Positions 27,501-40,826 are shown, counted from the first letter of the stretch. The stretch is DNA of 64,000 nucleotides from Eledone cirrhosa (GCA_964016885.1 OZ024742.1:24676001-24740000), one strand, 5' to 3'. Made by a program: numbers and translations. The notes: generated by a model not told the origin, from the letters alone.

Positions 27501-28040
27501 CAGGGCGATAAAAATAGATGGTAGCCACGGAGTAGGCAGACCCAGAAAAATCTTGGATGACTTGATAAATTCCGACCTCACACACTTACACCTCTCAAAG
27601 ACAATGTCACTGGACCGAGATCTTTGGCGCTACACAGTAATACAGAAGACCCACCTTGCCTAAGTACAAAGCGTAAGCTACAGTCAGTAGTCACCTCTTA
27701 CAAAATACACCCCCATCCCACTACCCCCACCCCACCCACACCACCCCTTTAAATGTGAAGTTATGTTGGTACCACAACATCCAGTCCGAAACAAATGAGA
27801 TCGTGTAGGTGTCACGACAAAAAAACACAGTCCACGCTGTAATGTGGCTGTGTAGGTAACACGGTAAAAACCTTCCAGTCCACACTGTAAACGTGGTTAG
27901 TGTTAGGAAGGGCGTCCAGCCGTAGAAAACCCGCCAGACAGTCCTATACGAGCAAGACAACCAATCTTGCCTCAAGTGGGAACATTCCCGTCCAAACCCA
28001 TGCAAGCATGGAAGATGGACGTTAAACGATGATGATGATC
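24560..28040 (+). mobile_element. Near full-length but frameshifted RTE-clade LINE (APE endonuclease, RT, PHD-like finger, 3' UTR)
   Basis: APE motifs FRVGTL, CIQETRW, SAYAPQ, AGDLNGHVG; RT motifs KGKGDALDRCNYRGIKL, QFGF, EKAFDRV, HQGSVLSP, LLYADD, YLG; split over at least seven partial frames; (gat)n tail; probable ATG at 24609. 5' boundary approximate. Confidence 0.95.
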
Positions 28041-30166
28041 ATCATGACGACACACACACATGCACGCGCGCGTTCTAATTTTACTTGTTCATATATTAAT
28101 GGTTCTTAATTAAACTATTTAACTATTAACACCATCTAATGATTTAGCAGAAAATATCTAAAAACTTATTTGCTAGTTCAAATACTTATAGTATCATTAC
28201 TAGTAGACAGATTGTTGGGAGAATTTGTAGTATTAGAGTAAAGACTTAAGTTTTAATGTGATGCAGTCATGATAACTTCTAACAAATGAGCAACAGCATT
28301 GACAGTTACTTCCCCTGGTTTTGCTGAGACTAAGGATGTGTGATGGTGGTCACAACTTTTTAAAAAATCCATAGCAGAAGGCTGTCAAATATTTTTCATA
28401 AACATCCTATAAACATGTACAGCCATGTTTGTATAGGGGAGAAATATACAGAATCTGTTAAAATGTTACCAGACATGTAGAAGTAATATTTGGACTGGAA
28501 TAGGAAATAAAATGTTCACAGCTATTCTAGGTATGTAAACTAAGTTACTTTCTATATGTTTTGTATCTACTTTTCAAGAATGTTTTGTTAATGCAGTTTC
28601 ATATTGTACAGTATGTTAAAAGTTAATGTTGCCATATATCCAATGTGATATCCAGTTTCTATTTCCTGAATCTGGCACACATGTTCTTCAAATGGCAGAA
28701 ATGCTAAGTTCTGATTATTTAAAATCATTGAAGCTGAAATATGGATTTGGTTCACTGATTCACTTGTCTCTGTTTAGATAATTCTGTGTTTTTAAATTCT
28801 TCACTTTTGTTTTAGTGCCAATGTTTCAACGTATTAGCAGAAGGTATTATGTATTTCTTGAGACTATTTCCGATGCTATTTGGCTACCAAAATTGATTCC
28901 ATTAGGAAATGTCTATTTCTTGTGAGATGGTTAAGTGGATAAACTATTGGATTAAACATCTAGAGTGGCTTAGGACTTGTAATCTTCTGCAGCTTTCTCA
29001 TGGTTATCGGCATAAACAAAGTTTCAGAGGCTTTCTCTTTATTGTCTAGTTGGGGAGAGAAGGGATTCTTTAGTTGGGGCCACAGGATAAGGTGCCATGG
29101 CTGATGTCTTCAAACAGATGATCTGTTTTGAATACTGGCAACAGTGTAGGATCCATTAAAGGCACCCCTGGGCTAGATGGTGATGTTAAACTGGGTAATG
29201 GCTTCAAGTTTACCACCCAAGTAAAATACAGCTGGATTTGAACTCCGAATGCAAAGATCCAGAACAAATACTCTACTGATGCTCTAACAATTTCACTGGA
29301 TTGGTGCTTTATTTTCTTGACCCCTAAAAAGATGAAATGTAAATTTGACCATTGTAAGATTTGAAGATAGTGGGTTGTAATCCTGAACAAATTTCATCTA
29401 TGTTCTAAGATCCTTCTCCTCCTCATCATCATTTGAAACTCTTTTCCCTGCAGACATATGTTGGACGGTTTGCCAGGTTCTAAATCCAGATAGCCAGGGT
29501 AATCCATCTTGTTATATTCCATATCTAGAATATGTTTTCTGGATGGATGCCCTTCTTAATTCCAACTGCTTTGCAGGGTGTACTAGGTGCATTTTTCATA
29601 GCATCAGCACTGCCACTTTAAAGAGTGCACTGACTGCATTTTATCAGGCAGCAACACTAACATTTTCCATAGTGTAATAGATTCATTTTATTTTGGCACC
29701 AACACTAAAGAAGTTGTCACATGTTATGCCAGACAGAAGAGTCCTCACAGACCCTAAACTATTTCCATTTAATCGCCAAATATTGTAATTTCTGGTCTCT
29801 CATCATATTTATTTCTACTGTTATAGTGTCTGTAATGGCATATATATATATATATATATGTTGTACCAACTATTTTGATGCTATAAACATATGGTTTTTA
29901 TAATATAAGTATGTCTCTTTTGTTTTGAAGTTGTTTGCTGTCTAGACAATGTTATACCAATACAAGATAATTTATTTCAATATTTCAGAAACACAAGTAT
30001 ATTTATAAGACTTATGCTTACTGGTGACTAATGACTGTCTTAATTTACTAATTAACCATTTTAATTATGTTAATTGGCATTTGTTTTCCTTTGTAATATG
30101 AAACTACAGCCTTAGCATGTTTTTCTTCTAAAATGTATGTTTCCTTGCAATGCTAACTTAATATAC

Positions 30167-30521
30167 TATATATTTCGTTTCTGAATTTGTTTAGCAAGAT
30201 TCTTTATCTGAAATCGTGTGTTGAAACCGGATGTGGCGCATGTGCAGACTGAGCACACAACACACACACAGAAACAAAATGGCGTAGGACAGAACAAAGG
30301 AGAGGCACATAAACAAAGAAAGGAATCCCCAGTCACTGAAGAGGTCACAGAGTGTGTGACGAAAGAACTATGACTATATATAAACAAATATCTGGTTGTG
30401 GAACCAACCAACCAACCAGAAATTTATAAATTTATAAATTTATAAATATATAATAAATTGAAGTGAAAGCAACTGGTGCGTGCGTTTCTTATTGGCAACA
30501 TGACCCTCCCAAAGTATAACA
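30167..30521 (+). mobile_element. Solo LTR-like/pLTR-like unit carrying a hammerhead motif
   Basis: Ends in ...TATAACA; flanked by ATAC (extendable to a 12-bp direct repeat atactatatatt at 30163 and 30522); TATATAAA ~30377 and AATAAA ~30452; the 5' TG is not intact. Confidence 0.55.
30331..30375 (+). ncRNA. Type I minimal hammerhead ribozyme (near-canonical)
   Basis: AGUCA-CUGAAGA-G-GUCACA-gagug-UGUGAC-GAAA-GAAC-UA-UGACU: perfect 5-bp stem I and 6-bp stem II (one unpaired G), very short stem III. Confidence 0.72.
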
Positions 30522-30664
30522 ATACTATATATTATTATACCTAAATATAATTTGTATGATGCAAAATGTGGTTTTTAGCCTGTATAAGCATTGAACTGTT
30601 TATGGTGTAATATGATTTAAATAATTTTATTTTGATCTATATGTATGATATATATACGTGTGTG

Positions 30665-30695
<31 letters not shown>

Positions 30696-31888
30696 TTCTC
30701 TCTCTAGTCACATTTGATAGTGCTGGCACAAGCAGTGATGGTTATTTATGTACAACATGAACAGAAGTTGCAAAGCTTAGTGGCTAACTGTGCAGAGAGC
30801 TATACCTTATATACAAAAATCATTTTTGGTTAATGTCAGAAAGGGCATCTGGCCATACATTTCTGCTTTAGAATGTCTCATCCACCTCATAGCTTCATCG
30901 AAAATTGCTCATAATAATAATGGTGATGTTAATAATACTGATACTTATTTTATGGGTTTAGTCTTGAAAAAGAGATTCTGCCAATAGCCTCTGCAGTTCC
31001 TCAACAACCAAACACTTTCAGAAACCCCAACTAAATACAGAATCAACGTGATTCAAAAGATAATTAAAGAAAGTAAAAATATTAATGAGACAAACATTTT
31101 GGGAGAATGAATGGGGATGGGTTTGTGAGAGGTGTAAGTTTATTATAGAAAGAAATTTCTGCAATTTTTAATATGCTTCTTATTCAACAACTGTTTTTTG
31201 TTTCCTTGTGTTATTTGGAAATTTGATGAAGAGCTTTCTACAAGATCTCTCTAGCTTTTGTCTCGCTACTGCTCCAAGAGAAGTACTCCAAATGTGAGGA
31301 GTAACATATTAGACAATCAACACGATGATAATGATGATGATGATGATTATCAGCACTTGTCAATGTCAAAGATAGATGAAAATTCTATAAAAAGCAATTT
31401 TTAATTATGTCTCTGAGAGTTATGATAAGATATTGTACAGTATTTAAGTGTCAGCTGTCATCTTTTATCAGCATTGTTGTTGTTGTTATTATTATTATTA
31501 TTGTTGTTGTTATCCTCATTATTATTGTTATTTAGTGTTTTGTATGTTTTTAGTTTTGCTTGGCTCCTTTTATTTCTTTTTTCTGCTTTAGATCTTTTTA
31601 TGGAATGTTGTAGGTTTCTCTCTACCAAATATATTGGTAGCTGTTGTAGTATAAATAGCCATTCTCCTATTTTACTTTGGCTGGTCTTGTTGTTAATGAT
31701 CACTGATATATCATCATCATCATCATTTTAATGTCTGCTTTCCCTGCTGGCAAGTGTAGGACAGGTCTACAAAACCAAGTTAGTAGCGAAGCGGAGCCAC
31801 TAATCTTCCAGGAAGGCCAGGGCTCTGTTTCTCACTTACTTAGTGTCCCACATTCCACCAAGTGTACAGAAGAGGTTATCCTGTCTTT

Positions 31889-31931
<43 letters not shown>

Positions 31932-31933
<2 letters not shown>

Positions 31934-32033
31934 GGGTGTCCCCCAAAATGTATACACACCTTGTTTACCTGTGCAGGCAATATTTGTTAAAATGCTATTG
32001 AAGTATGTATACATGTTTTGGGGACACCCTCTG
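31932..32033. mobile_element. Tiny Tc1/mariner-type MITE remnant
   Basis: TIRs cagggtgtcccccaaaatgtatac / gtatacatgttttggggacaccct within a TA/CA microsatellite. Confidence 0.7.
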
Positions 32034-32735
32034 TGTGTGTGAGTGTATATATATATATATAATATATGTAAATATAATTTACCTTAATTATTATTGGAAG
32101 AGTCATTAGAACATCATTTAAAATGCTTTGCTGTATTTATTCTGGCTTTCCGAGTTCAAATCCCACCAAAGTCAATGTTGTCTTTTATTATTTCAAGGTT
32201 AATAAAATAAAGTACTATTCACGCACAGGGGTTGAGTTGGTCGACTTTCCCCCCAAAAAAAATTGTTGGCCTTGTGCCTAAGTCAGAAACCATATTATTA
32301 CTATTATTATCAATGATAACAAAATCATCAGTATCCTTAATTTTTTTAAATATTACTTTGAAGAACAAATTTTCCATAAATGGTCATAAGAAACAATTAT
32401 TCAAGTCTTCAGCTAATTTAAAAAACAAAATACACCGATAGATTTTTTTTTTTTTTTTTTGTATATATGAATTCTTACCACCTTGCTAAATAACATAATT
32501 ATGCCTTTTTTTATTCCGATTTAAATTATCATGATCGTTTATACAGCCTCTTTTCCATGTTTAAAATATTTGTTTTTGAACTGTCTATATCTGCATCCTC
32601 TGATTCTTATTAATCTTAGTTTCTGAAGATCACATATAAGGGTGAAGTCAGAAATTGTTTGCTTAAACTTTCAATCTGTGCTAATAAAAATATATTTGGT
32701 CTACAGGCTTATATATACATATATGTATAAATATA

Positions 32736-33047
32736 TCATCATCATCACCGTTTAATGTCCATTTTTCTGCACTAGTATGATTTAGACGAATTGCCACGTT
32801 GTGAGACAAGCCAGCTCTGATAACCATGACTTGCTCATACAGGTGGACCTGTAAAAGACATAGCAAAAAGTACCCAGCACACACTGTCAATGTGGTTGGC
32901 ATTAGGAAGGGCATCCAGCCATAGAAAACCAGACAGAAATACCCCTATATGAGCGAGACACGGTCACCCGACACAACTTGCCTCTAAATGGGACCCATCT
33001 AACCCATGTAGCGTGGAAGATGGACGTTAATTGATGTTGATGATGAT
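32736..33047. mobile_element. Head-to-head pair of RTE/SINE 3' tails
   Basis: Minus-strand tail ((atc)n...gtttaatgtcc) joined to a plus-strand tail (aggaagggcatccagcc...ggacgttaa...(gat)n). Confidence 0.7.
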
Positions 33048-33214
33048 TATATATATATATATATATCTATATAACTCTTATCAAGTTGTCTCTGGATGTT
33101 GGTCTTTGCATTTATTATTACTACTGTGTGTTTATGTATGTATGCATGTATGTATGTATGTATGTATGTATATATGTATGTATGTATGTATGTGTGTATG
33201 TATGTATATTATGT

Positions 33215-33825
33215 CAGGTCACCAGTTGGTGCTACTGGTAACATGTATCCCAGTACAACCTGTCTCATGGTCGGGTCGTTGGCGACTAAACTGGCAACCC
33301 CACCAAGGTTTCTTGGTGAGGAGGGTGACTTTGGACATCCTGCAGGACTAAAAACAAAACCTGTCAAAGGGCAAAGGAGCTCTTAAGAGTCAATGGCCAT
33401 CCAAAATCACCGGGAGAGATGACCCCTTAGCCTTTGTCAAGGCAGAATTCTAGGAGAAGGAAAACTCTGATATAACACCTGCAACCCTGATGGTATCCAA
33501 TGATGTTGACTTGTTCTTCTTTTTGGTAAATATCATCTTGGTTAAGAGAGTGGGACTGGCTTTGTGCAGTGCCTTTGCTCACTATAAAAGCTTCACGGCA
33601 CAGGGATTGCTTTGTATCTGGAGATCTCTCTGCACTTGTCGTCACATGGTACCATGGGCCCAGCACTATGTGTCAATAATTGTCACAGGTGTAGTGTTTG
33701 TACCAAAGTTTTCAAGTCGCTGGCTGGACTAAAAAGTCAGTCGTTCAGCACATCGGTGGGGGTTCTCCTACATGGATATAAAGTAGTGGCCGTACTCGAA
33801 AACGAGTTGGCAGCTACAATGTATG
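33215..33825 (+). mobile_element. Internally deleted (bipartite) RTE-type non-autonomous element
   Basis: GC-richer 5'-UTR-like part followed by a C2H2-like remnant 'HRCSVCTKVFKSLAGLKS', typical of RTE C-termini, and an (atgt) tail; no EN or RT. Confidence 0.5.
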
Positions 33826-33856
<31 letters not shown>

Positions 33857-34076
33857 CCTATTGGAAATTGTAATACTAACTGATCATTATAAATAATAGT
33901 TCAGAAAATCTGGTAAAGTACACCAGGAGCTGGAAGAATGTAGACAACATTTTGTAATTCTGTTTTCATATTATTTTTTGGACTCTTTTAATCATTTTTG
34001 TTGTTTTTATCTAAATATAGTGTTTCAACTTAGTTTGTTTCTATTTTCTACTCCATTGTCTCCATGTGTGTATATA

Positions 34077-34470
34077 TCATCATCATCATCATCATCATCG
34101 TTTAACGTCCGTGTTCCACGCTTGCATGGGTTTGGACGGGGGTTTTCCCACTTGAGGCAAGAGTGATTGTCTTGCTCGCATAGGACTGTCTGGCAGGTTT
34201 TCTACAGTTGGATGCCCTTCCTAACACCAACCACATTTACAGTGTGGGGCTGGGAGGTTTTTACCGTGTTGCCTACACGGCCACATTACAGCGTGGACTG
34301 TGTGTTTTTTTGTCGTGACACCTACACGATCTCATTTGTTTCGGCCTGGATGGTGTGGCACCAACATAACTTCACATAGAAGGGGGGCGGTGTGGATGGG
34401 GTGGGGGTGGTGGGACGGGGGTGTATTTTGTTAGAGATGCCTACTGACTGTAGTAGGTTTTACTTTGTAT
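34077..34470 (-). mobile_element. 3' UTR of the RTE family at 24560-28040, reverse orientation
   Basis: Reverse complement matches ~27665-28035. Confidence 0.92.
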
Positions 34471-34904
34471 TTATATATATAAATTAGTTTTTTCATGTTT
34501 CTTTATCACATTCATCAGTCTTCCTCTATTTGTTTCTAAGTGTTTTTTTCCAGTTCAACTGATGCTATTTTATAATCGTTCTTTTATCTGTGTCAAGCAA
34601 TGTCCTCTTTGGGTCTAGGGTAGGCATATTCTGTTCATGTTTGTTGCTAGTTTCTTGCTTTTTCTGTCTACATTTTTCAGCTCACTTAGTTTGCAGTTTA
34701 TTGTATTCAAGCTATAATAGATAATTGGTATGATCAGCATATATATATATATCTTATTATTTCTGTCATTAAGTTCACTTTTAATACGTGGTTAACTCTT
34801 CAGTAGTATTCTTCCTAATTTCCTTTTCAAGTTCACCAATTATGGATGAGGCTTTCTTTTGCTTTTGAATTTTGTATACTTTATTTTCTTTCCATTTTGG
34901 AGTT

Positions 34905-35100
34905 TATTATTATCGTTTCTACTTTTAGCACAAGGCCAGCAATTACCCCAGTGCATAACTGGTACTTTATGTTATCGACCCCGTAAGGATGAAAGGCAAA
35001 GTTAACCTTGGCGGGATTTGAACTCAGACCATAAAGGGCCGTAACTCTTTGCTGCAAAGCATGGCAACAGACCCTCTACCAATACTGCCAATCCACCGCC
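34905..35100 (-). mobile_element. SINE family B copy
   Basis: Same as 1212-1400; older diverged relatives lie at ~32095-32300 (+), ~35122-35337 (+) and ~39500-39635 (-). Confidence 0.88.
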
Positions 35101-36668
35101 CATGGAGTTTATCATTATTATTGGTGGAATAGCAATATTTGTAGAGCATCAGACATCATACTTTGCTGCATATAGTTACATCTCTTTCCATTCTGAATTC
35201 AACTCCCACTTAGGTTTGCTTTGCCTTTCATCCTTACAGGATTAATAAAATAGTACCAGTAATGTACAAGAGTTGATTTAATCAACTTTTCCCTCCCTCA
35301 AAAATGTTGGTCTTGTCCCTAAATCAGAAACCATTATTTTATTTCTGAAGAAATCGAGCAGTTTTTCTTTACACTGACGATATATTCCTGTCTTATTTGT
35401 TTTTTCCGGAAACATTCATTTCATTAACATAGCACATTTTTAATTCTTTCAGATTAAAAAAAAAAATTAAACCAAACCATATAATATAATTAGTAAATCT
35501 GTTTAGTCATTTCCAGAATAATTTAAAATTTCTCAAGTGCTATTGACTTAATATTTTTAACTATAGAAAGGATTCTTTTAAAAGTTATTCTGTAACTGAA
35601 TTTTTAAAAATGAAGATTCTCATATAAACAAGAGTTATTAAAAAACATGTTCATACTAAATGTTTGAGTATTCTGTGCAAGAAGACACTTCTATTCTTAC
35701 TGGTGTAACATTTGCATCATCATTCTACCTCCCTTATTCCATGCTTGCAAGGGTTGGACAGGTCCTTTGCAGTACAGCATTTCTCCACTTGTGTTCCTTT
35801 GTTATCTCCTCTGTGAGGTTTAGTGATCTGAGATCAGCTCCCACAACTTCCATCCTGGTCTTTCTTGGTCTTCCTCTGGGATTATTTGGCACATCTTCAC
35901 TCAGTGATCATCATCCATGTGCATCACATATCCATACCAATGCAGTATCCTCACCTGTCCACTACTTCTGATTCCTCTTAAACGCTGTTTCTCCCTCAGT
36001 TCATCCATACTTTGTCATTCTCAGCCATTACCATTGCACATCCACTGAAGCATGCTTGTCTCTTTTCTCTGCAGCTTCTGCTTGTCCTCTGCAGTCAGTG
36101 CATATGTTTAACTATCATGGCACTTTGCATACATGCATCATATCTGGATCAGAATAGATATTCTGTGTCCCTGCATTCAGTAAGAGATGACTAAAATCAT
36201 TGAGGCTAGGAAGGGCTTATGGCTATAAAACATGGCCTCAATAAAATGATCTCATGGTGACTATAAAGTCTAAAATGGGGCCCACAAGACTATATTATCA
36301 GGAAAAAATGGCCTTAGTGTTTACTGTAGTTTATTACATTTCCTGTGATGCTGTAACACGTTAACAATTCTACACCATTAGATGATATATTGGATCATGG
36401 TTATTGATTCCTTTCATCATCATCATCATCATCATCTGTATTCCCACCTAGCAGAGGATGGACAGATCAGCACAGACCAAGTCAGAGTGACCAATATCTA
36501 ACTTGTATACATTCCTACACTTTCCAATGTGCACCTGGTGCATTTTATCATTGCATCAGTACTAGCAAGGTTGGCATGTCTTTGACACAGCTGAAAAACC
36601 TTTCTGATCCTTTGTTTGGCAAGTTTCTTATGGCTGGATGCTCTTATTACCAAGTACTTTGCAGAGTA

Positions 36669-36705
<37 letters not shown>

Positions 36706-38427
36706 GTGTGTGTGTGTTTTTGTAAATAACAGTCTACCGCATATAGTGATCTGGCACTACAGCAAAGCACCCACTGTACCTTGTGAGGTGGTTGTGCTGG
36801 TGATACGATAATAAAGCACCCAGTCCACACTTCAATGTAGTTGTCAATAGGAAGGGCATCCAACCATAGAAACCAAGTGCATCCAGCCATCGAAACCTGA
36901 CCTGAAATGTCTCATAATGTGACAATCTGGCTAACCCATGAATGTATGCAAAAATAGACATTACACAGTAATCATTACGATGATATAAATGAACTCTAAA
37001 GTTTTGAATGAGTTGAAATATTTCTAGAAATCAAGAAAATATAGAATGTAGGAGGAGATGTGTGAAAACATCTTTAGAAAGTTTGGTAAAAATACTACTA
37101 TAGATGGAAAAAGTGTAGCATTTACTGACTAAGTTTTCTGTCTGTACGGTTATTTTTCCTTGACTTTCTAAAGGTGTTTTCACAGCTATCCTCTTGCAAT
37201 TGAGATTTTCCTCATTTCTAGATGTGTGAGTGAGTGTGTGTACATACATTCCATGTCTCACAGGATACATTGCAGGCCAATAGTGAGTCTTTATAGCATT
37301 AGATGGAGACTGAAGACCCTCTAAATAAGGTCTGAATGTGTCTCTAATATGTAAAGGTTGATGCGGTATGGTTGCTTTTATTCAAGCTTACCTTACTCCT
37401 GCATTTGGTAGTCTTAGTTGCTCCAGTCACCAATTTAGTAATTTTCTCAGACCCACGAAAATTAGTCTTTTTTTAGAAGCAGCATTACTAGTCTAATCAT
37501 ACCTATATTGTTAGGTTGTGAGAGCTGTTTTAGTAAAGAACAGGTCACTGAGATCAGGTAGTGATATGGTCATCAGTTATGATAGATATTTGCAATATAA
37601 ATGAGCTCCTTGAAAATGAATAAGCAGCCTTGGAACAAACTGTGGAAAGCTACAAAAGGAGATGTATCAATGGGTGACACTGTAAGGAAAGGAGTTTTAT
37701 TTGTAAAAAAAAAAAAAAAATATATATATTTTAATAAAGCTGCCAATGTATGTATATGTATGTACATATCTATATATATGTTTGTTTATATGTGCACATA
37801 TAAGTATGAATATGGATTTGTATATTTATGGATGTATATATGTGTGTGTACAAATATATATATATATACAGGTATATGTGCATATGGGTATACGTTCATA
37901 TATGTATATGTGTATATATATGTATGTATATAAATGTGTGCGTGAGTGTGTGTGTGAATGCATGTATATGTGTATATGCATCATATTTATTTACTTTCTG
38001 TCAACATTCTTATTCAAATTTACATTAAAGACTTGAGTTTTATTTTCTACCTTGTTTCTAATTCACATATGCCAGCCATATCATACTGAATTCTCCAACA
38101 TGAAAAATATTCTACCAGTCATGTATTCTTTAAGTGCTTCTCACTTTATTGAGTTAAGAAACAAAATAATATAAAGAAAGAAAATACAACAACAATATAC
38201 AAAACTTGAATAAACACCATATATTGATAATAATGAAAATAATAATAATAGTAATAAGATAAATGCAACTATAGTAATAATAATAATAATGGTAATAATG
38301 TTAAAAGACTGAAATAAAACAGTTGTTGAAATGCGATAAATTATGATAAATTTCTGTAAAAAAAAAATCTCTCTCTCTCCCCCTCTCTCTCTCTATATAT
38401 ATATACTCACTCACACATACATATTCA

Positions 38428-38462
<35 letters not shown>

Positions 38463-38496
38463 TCACACACACACATACAGTCATATATGTGTAAAT

Positions 38497-38535
<39 letters not shown>

Positions 38536-40644
38536 TATGTATATACATATATATGTATACACATATATACATATATTTATATACTTACTTATATATATAT
38601 ACACACACACACACACTCACACATATACACACACACATATATATATATATATGAATTAAGGTATAAAAGAAAATCATCAAAGATAGCTAGATATAAAAGA
38701 ATTAAAAAAATATATATATTTTGGAATTCTATAGCATTGAACCGTTGATAAAATGTAAATAAAATGGGGGAAGAAAACAACAGTAAAATAAAAAGAACAG
38801 AAAAAAAATGGCATAAATTTTCTGAAATGTTCTTCAAATTTCTTTGAAATGTTCTGTTAGCAGCCAAGAGGTATTAGCATGTTAAAACAACAGTGTTGGC
38901 AAAATATATCGCTAAGTTTGCAAAGGAGGAATCTGACAGCTATGTTATTTAAATAATACAGATTTATTTTAGAAGACTTGGACGTCTTGTAGGGAATGGT
39001 GTTACTTACCTTGGGATATATAGTTCTTTCATCTGATTAACTATGTAGAATTAGTGGAAAAGAACGAACCTGATTTACACATAAGTGACATTGTAGCTGT
39101 ATGGTAGTTAAAGACCAAGGTGATATATGTGTGTACCTTGCTTTTAAGAATAGGTATGCCATATATTTTTGGCTTGATTTTATTTCACTTTCTCTGTATT
39201 TACAATGGGTAAATAGATACTACTCTATTTTCGATTCTAAGTTAGCAGATTTTCTTTCGAAATGTGTTCACTAATTCAATATGGGAATAGCGTTTTCAAC
39301 GTGTATGTATTTATGGACCTGTAACTCCGGATGGAATTGCAGGAGAGGCATAGTGACATATACCATGTCTGGAACATTTTTGAAACCTGGCAAAGTCCAT
39401 CTCCACACCATGTCTAAGCACAGTTGATTTCTTCCAGAGAAGGGGAAAGAGTGTGGTTTTAGAAACATGCTAAAGAGATATAGAGGAAGAATCAACCCCA
39501 TTACTGGTCTTATTGATCTTGAAAAGATGAAAAGTAATGTTGACCTAGTATGACTTTGAACTCAGAGCAGAGAGAGCCGAAACAAGTACCACAAAGCATT
39601 CTACCCAATGTGCTAACAAATGTGCCAATCCACAGCCTTGATTTCAAAGTAAGATTAATACATGAGGAATTATTTAATCCAAAAATATAGAAAGGCAAAT
39701 GATCCAAATGAAACAAAACAAAATAATGTTTTTCTTAGCCAGTATATTTTAACATAACTTTGATCAGTTAAGGAAGAAACATTGTTCAAAGATTGTTGAT
39801 TGTTCATTTTGTTTTGCATTACTTTTGTTTTTGCATTAGAATAGAAAGTATTGACCCTGAAATATTATGTTAGAATATACTGGGTACGAAAAGCATTACT
39901 TTGTTTTGTTTTATTTGTCATCATTTGTAATGTCAACAGTGTGAGCTTGCCTTATTAAATATAGATTTCCATCAGGTAATCAGCAAAAAGGTTTTTTCAG
40001 GGGAAATAGCAGTTAAAATAAAAATTGATAAATTTATTTCTTATAATAACATCTGGTTTTGTTTCTACTATTAGGCAATTTTTTCCTTTTGTTTATCTAC
40101 TTGCCATCTTGAGTTTTTGAAATGCAACTGTCATTTGCAGCAAGGAAAATCAAACATAGACAATGTAGGGTTTGAGCGGTTTGTTCAGTCCAGTCTAACA
40201 TCTCACAAAATTTCCCCGTGCCTGTGCGCAGTATACCTAGTGAAGTGTTAGTGTTGGTACTACTATAAGCTTCACCTAGTCAACACTGTAAAGTGGTAAT
40301 GCAGATGTCATGAAAAGTGTATCTTTGTTGGTGTCATGGAAAATGCACCCAGCACATTCAGTAAGGTGGTTGGCATTAGGAAAGGATCTAGCTGTAGAAA
40401 CCATGCTAAATATGGGATGTAACAAGCAAGATTGGTCACCCTGCCCGGAGTAGTGTTGGGCTATAACAACTTATCCAACCCGTACCATCAAGAAAAAGAG
40501 TGATAAAATGAAGATGACTTATAAGTGTTTCTTGTGTCAAACTAAATCCCATGTTCTAATTTATATTTCACAAAGTGATTTATCATCAACATCACCATTT
40601 AACATTAATTTTCTCATGCTAGCGTAGGGTATTATTATTTTTGA

Positions 40645-40826
40645 ATTGGCAGTATCGGTAGAGGGTCGGATGCCATGCTTTCTAGCATAGTTAGGTCCCT
40701 GTACGGTCTGAGTTCAATTTCCATCGAGGTTAACTTTGCCTTTCATCCTTACGGGGTCGAGAAAATAAAGTACCAGTAATGTACTGGGTAATTGCTGGCC
40801 TTGTGCCAAAAGTAGAAACAATTATT
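40645..40826 (+). mobile_element. SINE family B copy
   Basis: 'attggcagtatcggtagagggtcgg...gagttcaat...ccttacggggtcga...gtagaaacaattatt'. Confidence 0.88.

Noticed and set aside
35374-35415. Hammerhead candidate CTGACGA...GAAAC (also CTGAAGA...GAAA near 32623)
   Set aside because: No stem II or stem I pairing can be formed.
39003-39045. Minus-strand micro-exon ending at an AG|GTAAGT donor
   Set aside because: Splice-like signals only, with no recognisable peptide or neighbouring exons; needs RNA-seq.
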